64,000 nt of DNA, taken from contig CM126215.1 of assembly GCA_052327205.1 (NCBI GenBank), positions 99,448,001 through 99,512,000 of the forward strand, written 5' to 3'. The notes under the pieces are model-generated. The model saw only the letters and a program-made list of their open reading frames with translations, was not told the origin of the DNA and made no database searches. This document shows, one piece after another, positions 1-12,571 of this stretch. How positions within the stretch are numbered: position 1 is the first letter of the stretch; each line of letters starts with the position of its first letter. The DNA comes from Somniosus microcephalus (Eukaryota). The position numbers were made by a program, and so were the translations under genes.

Positions 1-540
1 CTGCAGTGCATCTTGTAGATGGTACACACTCCAGACATGGTGCACCGGTGGTGGAGGGAGTGAATGTTTAAGCTGGTGGATGGGGTGCCGATCAAACGGG
101 CTGCTTTGTCCTGGATTGTGTCGAGCTTCTTGAGTGTTGTTGGAGCTGCACTCATGCAGACAAGTGGAGAGTATTCCATCACATTCCTGACTTGTGCCTT
201 GTAGATGGTGGAAAGGCTTTGGGGAGTCAGGAGGTGAGACACTCCCCGCAGAATATCCAGCCTCTGACCTACTCTTGTATCCACAGTATTTATGTGGCTG
301 GTCCAGTTAAGTTTCTGGTCAATGGTGACCCCCAGGATGTTGATGGTGGGGGATTCAATGATGGTAATGTCAAGGGAAGGTGGTTAAACTCTTGTTGGAG
401 ATGGTCATTGCCTGACACTTGTGTGGCAGGAATGTTACTTGGCACTATCAGCCCAAACCTGAATGTTGTCCAGGTCTTGCTGCATGTGGGCATGAACTGC
501 TTCATTATCTGAGGAGTTGCAAATGGAACTGAACATTGTA
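1..540 (-). mobile_element. CR1-group (Crack/L2-like) LINE ORF2 fragment
   Basis: Near-collinear with the copy at 11601..12571 (IYKAQVR..MEYSPL..LDTIQDKAARLIG). Confidence 0.85.
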
Positions 541-636
541 TACATAGGAATAATGTCAAACTACTTATTCACTTAATGCTGACTTATACACTTAATACAA
601 AAGCAAAATACTGCGGATGCTGTACACACTAATATC

Positions 637-957
637 TGAGATATCTGCACTCCTCTAATTCTGCCCTCTTGAGCATCCCTGATTATAATTGCTGAACCAT
701 TGGTGGCCGTGCCTTCTGTTGCATAGGCCCTAAGCTCTGGAATTCCCTACCTAAACCTCTCCGCCTCGCTACCTCTTTCCTCCTTTAAGACGCTCCTTAA
801 AACCTACCTCTTTGACCAAGCTTTTGGTCACCTGCCCTAATTTCTCCTTATGTGGCTCGGAGTCAATTTTTTTTTGTCTTAAAATACTCCTCTGCAGCGC
901 CTTGGGACGTATTACTACATTAAAGGCGCTATAAAAATACACGTTGTTTTTGTTGTT
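637..957 (+). mobile_element. L2 LINE 3' end
   Basis: LRSSNSALL..GGRAFCC.GPKLWNSLP..FKTLLKTYLF motif followed by a (ttg)n tail; several other copies in the window. Confidence 0.85.
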
Positions 958-1135
958 TGGTAATTAAACCACAAGTCTACCTTAGAAAATGTAGAGGGCA
1001 TGCAGACTTTCTATTAATAAGGGAGCAAAAGTATTGTATATCAATATACAAAGATGCAATATAAAGGACAGATCAGTTCCAATGAGTGACGGTAGATATC
1101 TTCAACAGTACAAATTAAGAACATTCTATAATTAT

Positions 1136-1712
1136 GGGGCTGTTTTGGTTAGCTGTGGTAATCGGGCGGGTAATGGGGGTTGTGATGGCGCCTCCTCTCT
1201 GATCACAGCAGTGAGGGGCCTAAACCATCTTGGTGGTCGGGGCTTGCCAGAATGAGGCCAGGTGCTTCGAGACAGCTCACTGGCCTGGGCGGGGGTGGGG
1301 TGGGGGGTGGGGAGACCGTCCAGCTTCTCACCCTCCTCACCCCACAAAAATGAAAGAACATTTTATTTTGTCTGTAGTGGAGCATCCTATAGTGATCCCT
1401 TTAAGAACTGCTAATTCGGACACTCCACGACAGGGACCAATGGGCAGGGCACATGTGTTTCACTCCCCGCCCATTAGTACACAAAAATCACATCAGGGTT
1501 CTACAACAGGCACAAGACCCTGATTTAAATAACTGAACAAAGCTCGCACTTGTTTCGGGCAGGAGTGCTGGACACCCATTTCGAGGGTCGCTCTTGGGTC
1601 AGGCAGGGCTTGGCTAGCCAGTGGGTGAGCCATTTTTTCCTCAAATTACGTTGGTCTACCACCCAATTTTCCAGCGTAAATGAGGCGGTCGACATACAAA
1701 AAAATTGGCCCC
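1136..1712. mobile_element. Non-autonomous DNA transposon (PIF/Harbinger-type MITE)
   Basis: Imperfect TIRs ggggctgtttt / aaaattggcccc, flanked by 3-bp TAT on both sides, GC-rich interior. Confidence 0.6.
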
Positions 1713-1729
1713 TATATGAGAATACTCAG

Positions 1730-1956
1730 TGACGTAAGAAAACTACTAGGCACTTGGTCTAAGCGTTAAACAAAGCTTTAATCAACTGTTTTACAACATG
1801 GAGGTCTAGTTGTGTCCTTCACTAGTTCCTGTTAAGAATGTCCTGCGCAAGCTGGGCCCGTGCCTGAGTATTTATACTCTCCCTGGACAGTGCCACCCGC
1901 AGGCCGCTCTGTATTATTTCATAAGTTTTTCTTTCATGAATGGCTGATTCATGTCA
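1730..1956 (-). mobile_element. Solo LTR (227 bp)
   Basis: TGAC...GTCA termini, 5-bp TSD CTCAG (1725-1729, 1957-1961); TATAAA and ATTAAA in the expected order on the - strand. Confidence 0.7.
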
Positions 1957-2538
1957 CTCAGTGCATCAAAACTTTCCTCGATATCATATTGCGCTGGCCC
2001 TGAAATTTCACAGGGGTTCTCCCTGACTACCACCATAACTCCAGTGGTAGATTGGCATAATCCCCTCAACCCCCAACCACACCCTTCCCCGAGATACAGC
2101 AGGAGACCAGGAAATCCCCATAGAAATCTCAGGACCTCTATCTTGGAGCCTTATTACTACAACACTCAATTCTATGAACGTCTTGCTAGAACAAATATTT
2201 TCACATGTTTCAGCAGAGGCTCCAGTATGGAGGAACTCAATTCAAATGTTCATCAAAACTCATCATGTTGTTCTGTACTCATTCTTTCCAAGGACAACAG
2301 GACTGTGGAACATCTCGCCGCACCGCATCATCCTAATTTACCTTGTCTTCTCTCCTAATCTTTTTAGCCTTGGTATTGTCCTGCACCATGAGCCTTGTCC
2401 CTTTACCTGGGTTTCTCAATAGCAAAATACAGTTAAAAAGAATTGCTTTCCCAGTGATCGATGAGCTACATTTTACTGCAAGGTCTTACATGCATAGTAT
2501 GCAATATTAACCTAAACCCATTTTTCTTTTCCCATCAG

Positions 2539-2694
2539 CCTGCAAACCTGGGTTCTACAAAGCCTTTGCTGGAAATGTTAAATGTGCCAAGTGCCCTCCT
2601 CACAGCCATGTTCAAGAAGAAGGTTCTGTGCATTGCAACTGTGACAGGAATTACTTCAGGGCAGTCAAAGACCCCGTCTCCATGGCTTGCACTA
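2539..2694 (+). CDS. epha3: epha3 exon 4 (Cys-rich/EGF-like): ACKPGFYKAFAGNVKCAKCPPHSHVQEEGSVHCNCDRNYFRAVKDPVSMACT
   Basis: ttttcccatcag|CC acceptor, A|gtgagt donor, 156 nt, Eph Cys pattern; this frame is not in the ORF track. Confidence 0.95.
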
Positions 2695-3035
2695 GTGAGT
2701 ACTACTCGTTCTCTCTGGTTTTGTTTCTGTGTTACATTATCTGTCCCAGCACTTTCTGGCAGTGACCATACAGGAATAGCAATCAGTTTTAGCGACACCC
2801 CAGCCTTACTGTGATATTGAAATCAATACTTGCATTGTGTTTCCTGGATGAGAGATGGTTTTTGTAGCATTTTAATCATTAGCATTAAGAAGCTTATTAC
2901 AGGGTTATGGATCTCTATAATCAAAAAGTTAAGTTTCCACATGGTGATGGGGATTGTTGATTGTAGTGGACAGTAAAAGAAAGACTTCTAATTATATAGT
3001 GCTTTATCATGTCTCGCAAATATCTCAAAGCACTT

Positions 3036-3490
3036 CATAGAATCATAGACATTTACAGCACGGAAAGAAGCCATTTATCCCATTGTGTTTGTACTGGCTG
3101 TTTGCTGGAGTAATCCAAAACTAATCCCACTGCTTTTCTCTCTCTCTCTCTATAACTCTGCATCTTCCTCTGTTTCAAATAGTTAACTAGTTTTCTCTTA
3201 AAAGATGCAATGGTCTCTGCCTCAGCCACTCCCTGTGACAAATTACGCCAATGCTCCTAACCTCTCTCCATACTCTGTTAGTGACAATTTTAAATTGATG
3301 ACCCCTTGTAACTGACTCCACAGCCAGAGGAAATAGTTCCTCCCTGTGCACCCTGGCAAAACTGTCATGGTTCTAAAAATCTCTGTTAAACAGCCTCAGC
3401 CCTCTCTGCTCCAGTGGAAATAGACCAGTTTCTCAAGTTTCTCCTCTGATGAAATTAACATCTTCCCATTCTGTTGGGCTTGGAGTTTGG
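3036..3490 (-). mobile_element. Old CR1 LINE 3' fragment
   Basis: VAEAETIASFKRKLVNYLK translation; catagaatcatag tail. Confidence 0.7.
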
Positions 3491-4774
3491 ACTGTCACAA
3501 TCCAGTTCCCAGTGGATACAACCTGCCGTTGAAAATGACTTGTGACACAATTCGGCACTAAATTGGAAAACTTCAAGTTTGTAGAAAGGCTGGTTTGAGA
3601 AGTTGAAATACTTGCACCAGTACAGTAAGGGGTTTTCTTCTGAGATTGGGGCAGTATAAAGGGAGCTTTACTGTTGACGTGGGTGTACACTACACCTGAC
3701 CTTGGAAAGCATAGATGCTGACACTGAGTGACAAATATGAAAAAGTGTTGCACTCCCCATCTCTCACCCTGATCAGTACCTGAATTCACTCCCAGCACCA
3801 ACCCCCTCCATCAAGATAACCCAAATCTTTAAACCGGGATCTGTACTACCCGTAATAAAATAAATAGGAGCACTGGAATTATGCTCTGCTGATGAAATTT
3901 GATGGCAGCTTCTGGCCAATCATTGTCCCCATTAAATGTACAGATTTTAACAGCCTGTAATGGAATTCTGTGAAGTCTGTTCAGCTAAATGGACAAGGGA
4001 AGTCTATAGGGTGCGTTACTTGTTGAAATGACTCCCCATTTTATAGCAGTAAATAGACTGAGCAGACTTTTTTGCAATTTTAGTGCAAATGTTGTTCCTT
4101 ACTGGCATCATTGGCGGGGAGCAGTGACTCTGACCTGCCCAAGAATCTCTCTGGCGTGCCCTACCCCGGGAAACCGACAGTACAGGCTGGGAAATCTACC
4201 ATCTAAAGAAAGAAAAATATCTAGGAATGTGTTCCAAGGCAATAACACACCGATAAACCCATCAAACTTTCTTTATGAATTGGTTTGTATAACGAAAGGT
4301 CATGACCAAAGACAACTGTAACATGACAGATGTCTCATAAATTGAAGCCCGCTGGTTGCAATGGATTATGATGTAAATTGAATTCCTCAATGTGTTACTG
4401 TTTTGTAGCAGACTGCACATTTCATTCTATCTGTTATCATGCATGTTAACCTAAACATAACATTTTGTACCTAATACTTCACATCTTGTTGTATTTAGCC
4501 AATGTCATATTTTACATCTCTCCTAAAAGCTCTTTATTGCTTGCCCTGCGGTCGCAATGGGTGTTTCATCTATTAGCACAACAAGTGCTGTGATTAGCTC
4601 TTATTGAATGCAGCCCTTCAGTGCAATATATCACCAGGGCCAACAGGGGCCTGGCAGTAATGGAGGCGGGGTTCAGATGCAATAAACGGCTCTGTGATTG
4701 TAAGCAACATTACGAAAGTGAAAGAATTCACAGGCTAGTGGGTCAAGTGATTTGGGGCAGCACAACATCCCATG

Positions 4775-5257
4775 ACATAGAAACATAAAAATATAGAAGA
4801 GAGGAGTAGGCCATTCGGCCCCTCGAGCCTGCTCCGCAATTCAATGAGATCATGGCTGATCATCCAAATTCAGTACCCTGTCCCTGCCTTCTCTCCATAT
4901 CCCTTGATCCCTTTAGCCTTAAGAAATATATCTAACTCCTTCTTGAATATATTTAATGAATTGGCCTCTACTGCCTTCTGTGGTAGAGAATTCCACAGGT
5001 TCACCACTCTCTGGGTGAAGAAATTCCTCCTCATCTCTGTCCTAAATGGCTTACCCCTTATCCTTAGACTGTGACCCCTGGTTCTGGACTCCCCGGCCAT
5101 CAGGAACATCCTTCTTGCATCTAGTCTGTCTAGTCCTGTTAGAATTTTATAAGTTTCAATAAGATCCCCTCTCATTCTTCTAAACTCCAGCGAGTATAAG
5201 CCCAATCGACCCAATCTCTCCTCATACGTCATTCCTGCCATCCCAGGTATCAGCCTG
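4775..5257 (-). mobile_element. Young CR1 (HER1-like) LINE 3' end
   Basis: ORF 4870..5310 (RLGLYSLEFRRMRGDLIETYKIL...FFTQRVVNLWNSLP), ctatgttt tail. Confidence 0.92.
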
Positions 5258-6934
5258 TGACAAACCGTGTGAATTTCTGCACTAACCACATGTATGGCAA
5301 TTTTATACAAAATGTCTCAGAAGCAATGAAAATGTGATTTCTAAGTGGATCTGAGCAATAACAAATACATTTGTCCTACTGGTGATTGCTGAAACTTGCA
5401 TTAGTACGTAGGTTGGAGTAAATTCTCCATCCTGACATTATTAGGAGTTCAGTTACAGGCTATCAGACAATCCTTTCTTCTTCTATCTCGAATGTTTCTG
5501 GTTTTGTTATCTAATGAATAGTTAGGTGAGGCGCGTGGTGGGATTGAGCACTAACGTCGAGTGTCACAGAGCAAGGACTGATGTCGGTTTGAATCGTGCT
5601 AAACTCCCGTTTCCAAGCTGCACTGCATTAAGAGCTGAGGTCGCATGGAAAGAACATTGGAGGAGAGAATCATAGCGAGGGAGTTCTTGACAACCCCTGA
5701 CAAGTCAGCTATAGGGGAGTATTGACAGTGCTTTGAGTGCTGACAATGCACCCACCCTGCAGGCCGCAAGCTGTGGAGTTGAAGAAAGGAGTTCAAAAAT
5801 ACAAAAATGAAACTTACTCAATATCTTTGATAAGAGTGAAAAAAAGAGTTAGGTGGAATTTTCCACCATGTTCATATACGTAGTCGGGTGAGGGCATTAT
5901 TTTTCGTTTAATAATCTTATTTTTCTGATTTTATATTATGATAAGATACGTCTGAATTCATCATATGTGCTATTTGTATGGAAGATTTAAGGTATTCACA
6001 TTGACTTTCTCTATCTATTATTTACTGAGGTGTTAACCCATTTCAGGCCTTTTTTAAAATAGCAGGCCGAGGAATTTCATACAAATACGTTGACACATCA
6101 GTTTCTAATATCACACAGCATAGTTTCAACAATAAGATATAATTACCATCAAAGGAAAAATTGGAAACACTGTGGAGTGCTTCAGGTAAACTCTTAAGCA
6201 TAGGAAATGCAAGGCGAATCGCGCTGGCTACTTGTTAGGCTGATTGAATTCACCAGTCCCAAACTGCATGTAGACAAAGTATAAAATCTCTTTAAGTGTG
6301 GCAGTGCGGAGCCAGCAGTGTGATATGACTTAGTGGAACGGAGGGGCAGGAAAAAATGTGACGGCTTTGTACCCATGCTTCTAGGGGAACTGATCCCAGA
6401 CCTGACTTGTCACACATCAAAGTAAACCAAGCCCAAAGGAGTTATCGGATAACGGTTTATTATCTCGCCTTGCAAATATAATAGAAATAAGAAGTATTAG
6501 TTGAAAAAAAATTCAATAAAGTATCTGCGTACTTCATAATTCTGTGGGTTAATCATTGATCTATTGGGCTTCTGATACTTAACAACTCATTGGAGAAGGA
6601 TTAATAGTTCATTTTACTTTAAAATGAAGTGCGACTATGAATCCCTTTCGCGTGTCGTATTTTCTTCTGCTAATAAAGTCAGACATCAGTTACATTTTTT
6701 CAGCAAGGGCTGAGGGCTCAAAGGATTAAGCTGAAATTATGATAAGCCAAATTTAATTAAAATGTTATTGCGCTCTGAAAAGTCATGTGGTCGTACTGGT
6801 TCCACCCCCACCCCCCCACCTCTCACCCCAGCTTAAAACTAAATGGGTTTGTTGTAAAACAATAAGTTGTGATGGCCGAGCGGCAGTAACATTTCTCCTG
6901 CCTTTTTTTTCCCGCTTGCCCCCTTTGGTCGCAG

Positions 6935-7270
6935 GGCCTCCTTCCATCCCGAGGAACGTGTTTTCCAATATCAATGAGACGTCGGTCATTTTGGACTGGA
7001 GCTGGCCGACCGACGCGGGAGGCCGCAAGGACGTCACCTTCAGCGTCGTCTGTAAGAAGTGCGCCGGCGGGCCGAGGCAGTGCGAGCCGTGCTTGAGCAA
7101 TGTTCACTTCGTGCCTCGGCAGACGGGTCTGGCCAACACCACGGTGACGGTGGTCGACCTGCTGGCGCACACCAACTACACCTTTGAGATTGAGGCCTTG
7201 AACGGGGTGTCCGGATTGAGCTCGGTGCCGCGGCAGTTTGCTGCGGTCTCCATCACCACCAATCAGGCGG
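6935..7270 (+). CDS. epha3: epha3 exon 5 (FN3 repeat 1): PPSIPRNVFSNINETSVILDWSWP...FAAVSITTNQA
   Basis: gtcgcag|GG acceptor, G|gtaagt donor, 336 nt, inside ORF 6787..7299. Confidence 0.97.
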
Positions 7271-7339
7271 GTAAGTCACTGGGTTTGCTCCTTATTTGAT
7301 GGGACAAAACGAATCAAAAGGACAAGATGATGAAGGGCA

Positions 7340-7560
7340 TTTGATCGAGTAAGTAAGGAGAAACTGTTTCCACCTGAAAGGGTGGTGAAAGCAGATTCAA
7401 TAGTAACTTTCAAAAGGGAATTGGATATTTACTTAAAAAGGAAATATTTGCAGGGCTATGGGGAAAGATCAGGGGAGTGAGCCTAATTGGTAGCTCTTTC
7501 AGAGAGCCAGCACAGACACAATGGGCAGAATGGCCTCCTTCTGTAATGTTTGATTTTTAT
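7340..7560 (+). mobile_element. CR1 LINE 3' fragment
   Basis: RVVKADSIVTFKRELDIYLK-like sequence followed by the atgggcagaatggcctccttctg CR1 3' motif. Confidence 0.7.
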
Positions 7561-8689
7561 GAACCTTTTCTTTCGGTCTGTCGATTTTGGCTGATTTTAC
7601 AAATATTTTGTTTTAAACAGTGTGTGCTGAGGACGTTATTGGGCACTGACTCAGAAAGGCTTCTGAAACCAATGGATGTGAGGAAACTTTATGATGCCCT
7701 AATTATTTTGCACTTTTAGGGCCAGGGCCAGCCCCACAATATCAATGATGCCCATGCCATCCTACAAAATGCAATGTAATTCTGTTGGTACTGACCCAAC
7801 CTCAGTGAGATCGCCTCCATGAAGCATAGGGAGGCGCGCGAGGTGAACGCAATTGTGTATACATTTATTTTTCAGACAAATCAATTGGAGGGATTGGATT
7901 GTTCTTATTCTTAGCCTGATGATGCCCGTTTGTTTCTTAAAACTGATCGAAAAGAAAGAATGTAGAACGTACAACAAGGTTGCTATATGCATTCAAGTTA
8001 CAGGGTCACTATAGTTTGGAGGGTGAAAGGATGACACCAGACAGCTGTTGTGTGCGCATTCATCGAATTACTGGCTTGTCTTCAGAATTAACCCTGTGAC
8101 TTGTGCTAGCATTCAGTTTCCTTCTGGTTGAACAGAACTGCCTGACTCCTGCTGTACACTGCATTTTATAGAATGGCATGAGTGTGTTTGAGTGAAAATA
8201 TGCAGAGCTACATCATTCCTACCCTTCGTAGTGGTGTAGCCTGGGGCAATGCAACTCAGCCCCCTCTGCTAGACTAATACTGTGTTGGTAACGCAGGTAT
8301 AATGAGGATATTAAGTCAGTCGCTCCTGAATCGTCCACTGGTTTCTGACTGTATTTGTATTGACGTTAATTCCAGTCTGTAACAGTTAGCCTCAGTAACA
8401 TATTGAAGTCAGCACTCCAGTTACGTATATCATTAGCATTCATTGAATTCAAAAATAGATAGAGATGGGACAAAACACACCAAAAGGATCTTACCATTAA
8501 TCATAAACATTATCCCATAGTTGCTACCTCACAGTGGCTTAGTGATACTTACTCTGCTTTCCCACTTTAAAAGAAAGAAACAAAAAATAATGAAATGCAA
8601 AAGAGTGTCAGAAACAGAACACTCACCATCTTCACTGAAGGATACTTTCTATTTACTTTACTTTTTGGCATCTTTTCCCAATCATTACT

Positions 8690-9030
8690 CCTGTAGATGC
8701 TGATCCATGTTGGGTAGTGAGTACCGGCAGCTCTCCAGTACCTCATTCAAGTGGTCATTCTTCTGCTGTAAGCCTAGTCTCTGAGCGGTGATGCCCCTTC
8801 AAACATGAGCAGTTATCACAGCAGGAGTCACTGGACAGTGATCACAAGTGGGAACACTGGCTAACTTCTTCCCTCTTCTCCCAGGAGCAGCGAGACTAAT
8901 TGTAGCATTCCCAACTGTTGCCTCAGCCGAGATCAGCTGAAATCATAGGCAGGGGATCAAACTTGGAATCCCCCTTGTCTGTATGGCTCAGCACCATAAC
9001 TGGATGGCTCACTTAGCCACTAAACAACTG
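8690..9030 (-). mobile_element. tRNA-derived SINE (LmeSINE1-like), old
   Basis: Reverse complement carries ctgagccatacagac..gtttgatccc..agctgatctcggc; related to 31975..32290. Confidence 0.5.
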
Positions 9031-10984
9031 CGGCATGCAAAAGATGTTTCGGTGTCCACTCATGTCGTCACTTGTAACACTGGTGTTTTCAGTTATTAAA
9101 GTCAGCTTCACTTATGGAATAAGAGCAAAAAAATATTTTCACAGAGATCTATTAAGTAACCTCTGTTTATTGAACAAGCATAAGATAATACAATAGAAAG
9201 CGTAAATCATGTATCAATTTAACATAAATATAGGTTTGCACAAATGAAAAGAACAGATGAGTTTATTGTTTTTAATTATTTAACGTGCTTGTGCTAAAAG
9301 ACTGATATAAAAGCAGCAAATGTTTAACTTGGAGAGGTCTCCCCCAGTGTTGGCCGGAAGCCCCTGATCAGTATCTTTCTTGATGGAAGAATGTAGGGAA
9401 TTTAAATGCACTGTATCCTGTGCCTTTATATTTGCAGGATTCAAATATAGCCAGCAGTGTTTGTGGTCAGTACAATAACTCCTACAAAATACATTGACAC
9501 GCATAGTCTAAAATGATGCATAATATATACCACAGTACACAAAGTGAATAATGGGAGTGCTTACAAGCCAGGGACTGAATGAATGGGGGTGATGTATATG
9601 TCACAACCATCCTGTCTGTGCTCAGAAATGAAGGAAGCTATCTTCAGCAAGAATTAAGGGTTCCTTAGTTTCAGTCCGAGAAAGCTGAATGAAGGTGAAG
9701 GAGATATTTTTATGGAAGTCACTTGTGTGTTTGAGCCTTATGGTTTCCAGATTTAATGTATTTGCTGCTGTAGGTCCTGCACACGAGATGCCTGCTGCTC
9801 TAAAGTGCTGCATGTTTCCATTCCTGACGCTCATTCCCCTTGCCTTTAAGGTGCCGCTGCAGCCCCTTTGCATTTGGCTGTCCCCCCTCCAGGTCATCGA
9901 GCGATCGGGGAGAGTGTTTTACATTGGCAGCTCACCAGCAACATTATAATGAGGACCCAGCACCAAATTGGATCGGGTCCCATGCTGATTCGTACGGGTG
10001 GCCACCTGCCTGGTGCCCGTCTGAATTCGCTCAAATCCAAATTGCCCCCAATGGGTTCAGATGGATCCATAAATCGCGAGAGCGCAACTTGAATGATTTA
10101 TAAACATTTACCTAAATCTTGAGATTCAGCTACTACGAAATCTCCTCAAAGCAAGATATAGGATGGTTTTATTCCGACTTTGTTTAGTTTTTATGCCAGC
10201 ACTGGCTATCAGCATGGACTCCGACTGTCTCCATGCTCCGTGGCTGCTGATGCACAATGACACCAAAAGGTTGACAATTGTGACATTGTTTACGCAAGTT
10301 TATATCAAGATAATTTGCAGCCAATAACTGGTAAGTTCTGCAGCTAGTTTATGTTATATGGAGAACGCAAACTATAGAGTGATTTCAAGGTCTGTTTTAT
10401 CAAGAGATTTCCCATGAGAGCTCAAGAATTCCCAGCGAGAGACCCCTTTGCCTGATTGTTGCGGCCATGGTGTGCTCTCAGACATGGTTTACATCTCGGC
10501 CAAGGTAACAGTATATGATTGGGAAACTTCTAATTAAGTGTTAACTAAAATCAAACTGTCCACAATGGAATTTTATACTATTGGTGGAATTAGCAATGTT
10601 GATTAATATTTGAATCATGTTAAAACTAGAAATGATAATTTGAACAAATAAATTAACATTTATTCAATGCCATTCCCTTCTTGTTACTGAAGTAGTTGTT
10701 GAGTGTCTGATTTTGATTGAAGGACATGCAATGCAGGGAGGGCTGGGAAAAGAGGCAAATGTTCTATATAAAGGTTGTCACTTTTCACCAAGTCCAAAGC
10801 CCAAACAGCAGAGTATAGAGTGAGATCTTGGGCTGTGTTCAGATGATTTCTTTGCTGATGATGAAAATTCATTGAGATCCTGATTAGCCTGAATAACAAA
10901 CACCTCTAGATCAAGTAAGTGAAGAGAAAAATCAGACTTCTACTCCAGCAATAGACTTTTGGGAGGAAGATTTGAAAGAAGGAT

Positions 10985-11365
10985 ATAACTTGCAGCAGTA
11001 AAGTGCCTTTCACAACCTCATTTTGTCTCAAAGCATTTCACAGCCAATGAAGTACTTTAGAAGTATAGTCACTGTTGTTATTCAGGCAAACACACACAGT
11101 AAGTTTCCACTGACAACAATAAGATAAATGGCCCGATAAAGTCTTCTAATGATGTTAGTTGAGGCCTGTGTGTTGACCAGAACATCGAGAGAATTCCCCT
11201 GCTCTTCTTCAAATAGTGCCATGAGATCTTTTACGTCCAGCTGAAAAGGCAGTCGGGGCCTCAGTTTAACGTCTCATCTGAAAGACAGCACCTCTGACGG
11301 TGCGGCACTCTCTCAGTACTGCACTTAAGTGTCAACCTAGATTATGTGCTCAAGTCCTGATGGGA
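10985..11365 (-). mobile_element. Deu-domain SINE (SacSINE1-like), diverged
   Basis: Collinear with 20982..21448. Confidence 0.8.
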
Positions 11366-11600
11366 GGCTCTATGATCTGTGTGCAGTAGGTGTAGCGAAA
11401 CTGTAAATGTGTTTATAAAGAACAGGTTCACAATTATATGACAGTCAGAGAGGTCCTGACTATGTGGGACATTGACTGGAAGGTGCAACCATCATATAAA
11501 CAAGCAGCATGGGAAAATTAGAAAATACTCAAATAAAATGTCGAACTAAAAATCAAAACACCTTTAGGGCATGGTTAATTAGCGATAATAGGCATAGTGG

Positions 11601-12571
11601 TTTTTTTTTATTCATTGATGGGATGTGGGCGTCGCTGGCTAGGCCTGCATTTAGTGCCCATCCCTAATTGCCCTTGAGAAGATGGTGGTGAGCCGCCTTC
11701 TTGAACTGCTGCAGTCCATATGGTGTAGGTACACCCACAATGCTGTTAGGAAGGGAGTTCCAGGATTTTGGCCCAGCGACAGTGAAGGAACGGCGATACA
11801 GGTCCAAGTCAGGATGGTGTGTGGCTTGGAGGGGAACTTGTAGGTGGTGATATTCCCATGCGTCTGCTGCCCTTGTCCTTCTAAGTGGTAGAGGTCGCGG
11901 GTTTGGAAGGTGCTGTTGAAGGAGCTTTGTCGAGTTGCTGCAGTGCATCTTGTAGATGGTACACACTGCAGCCACAGTGCGCTGGTGGTGGAGGGAGTGA
12001 ATGTTGAAGGTGGATGGAGTGCCAATCAAGCGGGCTGCTTTATCCTGAATAGTGTCGAGCTTCTTGAGGATTGTTGGAGCTGCACTCATCCAGGCAAGTG
12101 GAGAGTATTCCATCACAGTCCTGACTTGTGCCTTGTAGATGGTGGAAAGCCTTTGGGGAGTCAGGAGGTGAGTCACTCACCACAGAATACCCAGCCTCTG
12201 ACCTGCTGTTGTAGCCACAGTATTTATATGGCTGGTCCAGTTCAGTTTCTGATCAATGGTAACCCCCAGGATGTTGATAGTGGGGGATTCAGCGATGGTA
12301 ATGCCATTGAATGTCAAGGGGAGATGGTTAGAGTCTCGCTTGTTGGAGATGGTCATTGCCTGGCACTTGTGTGGTGCGAATGTTACTTGTCACTTGTCAG
12401 CCCAAGTCTGAATGTTGTCCAGATCTTGCTGCATATGGACACGGACTGTGTCAGTATCTGACGAGTCTCGAATGGTGCTGAACAGTGTGCAATCATCAGC
12501 GAACATCCCCACTTCTGACCTTCTGATGGAGGGAAGGTCATTGATGAAACAGCTGAAGATGGTTGGGCCTA
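11601..12571 (-). mobile_element. CR1-group (Crack/L2-like) LINE 3' ~1 kb with RT C-terminus
   Basis: LGPTIFSCFINDLP..MFADDCT RT motif, ORF 11664..12176, A-rich tail. Confidence 0.9.

Noticed and set aside
6783-7170. Antisense ORFs over exon 5
   Set aside because: Expected shadow ORFs of a GC-rich coding exon
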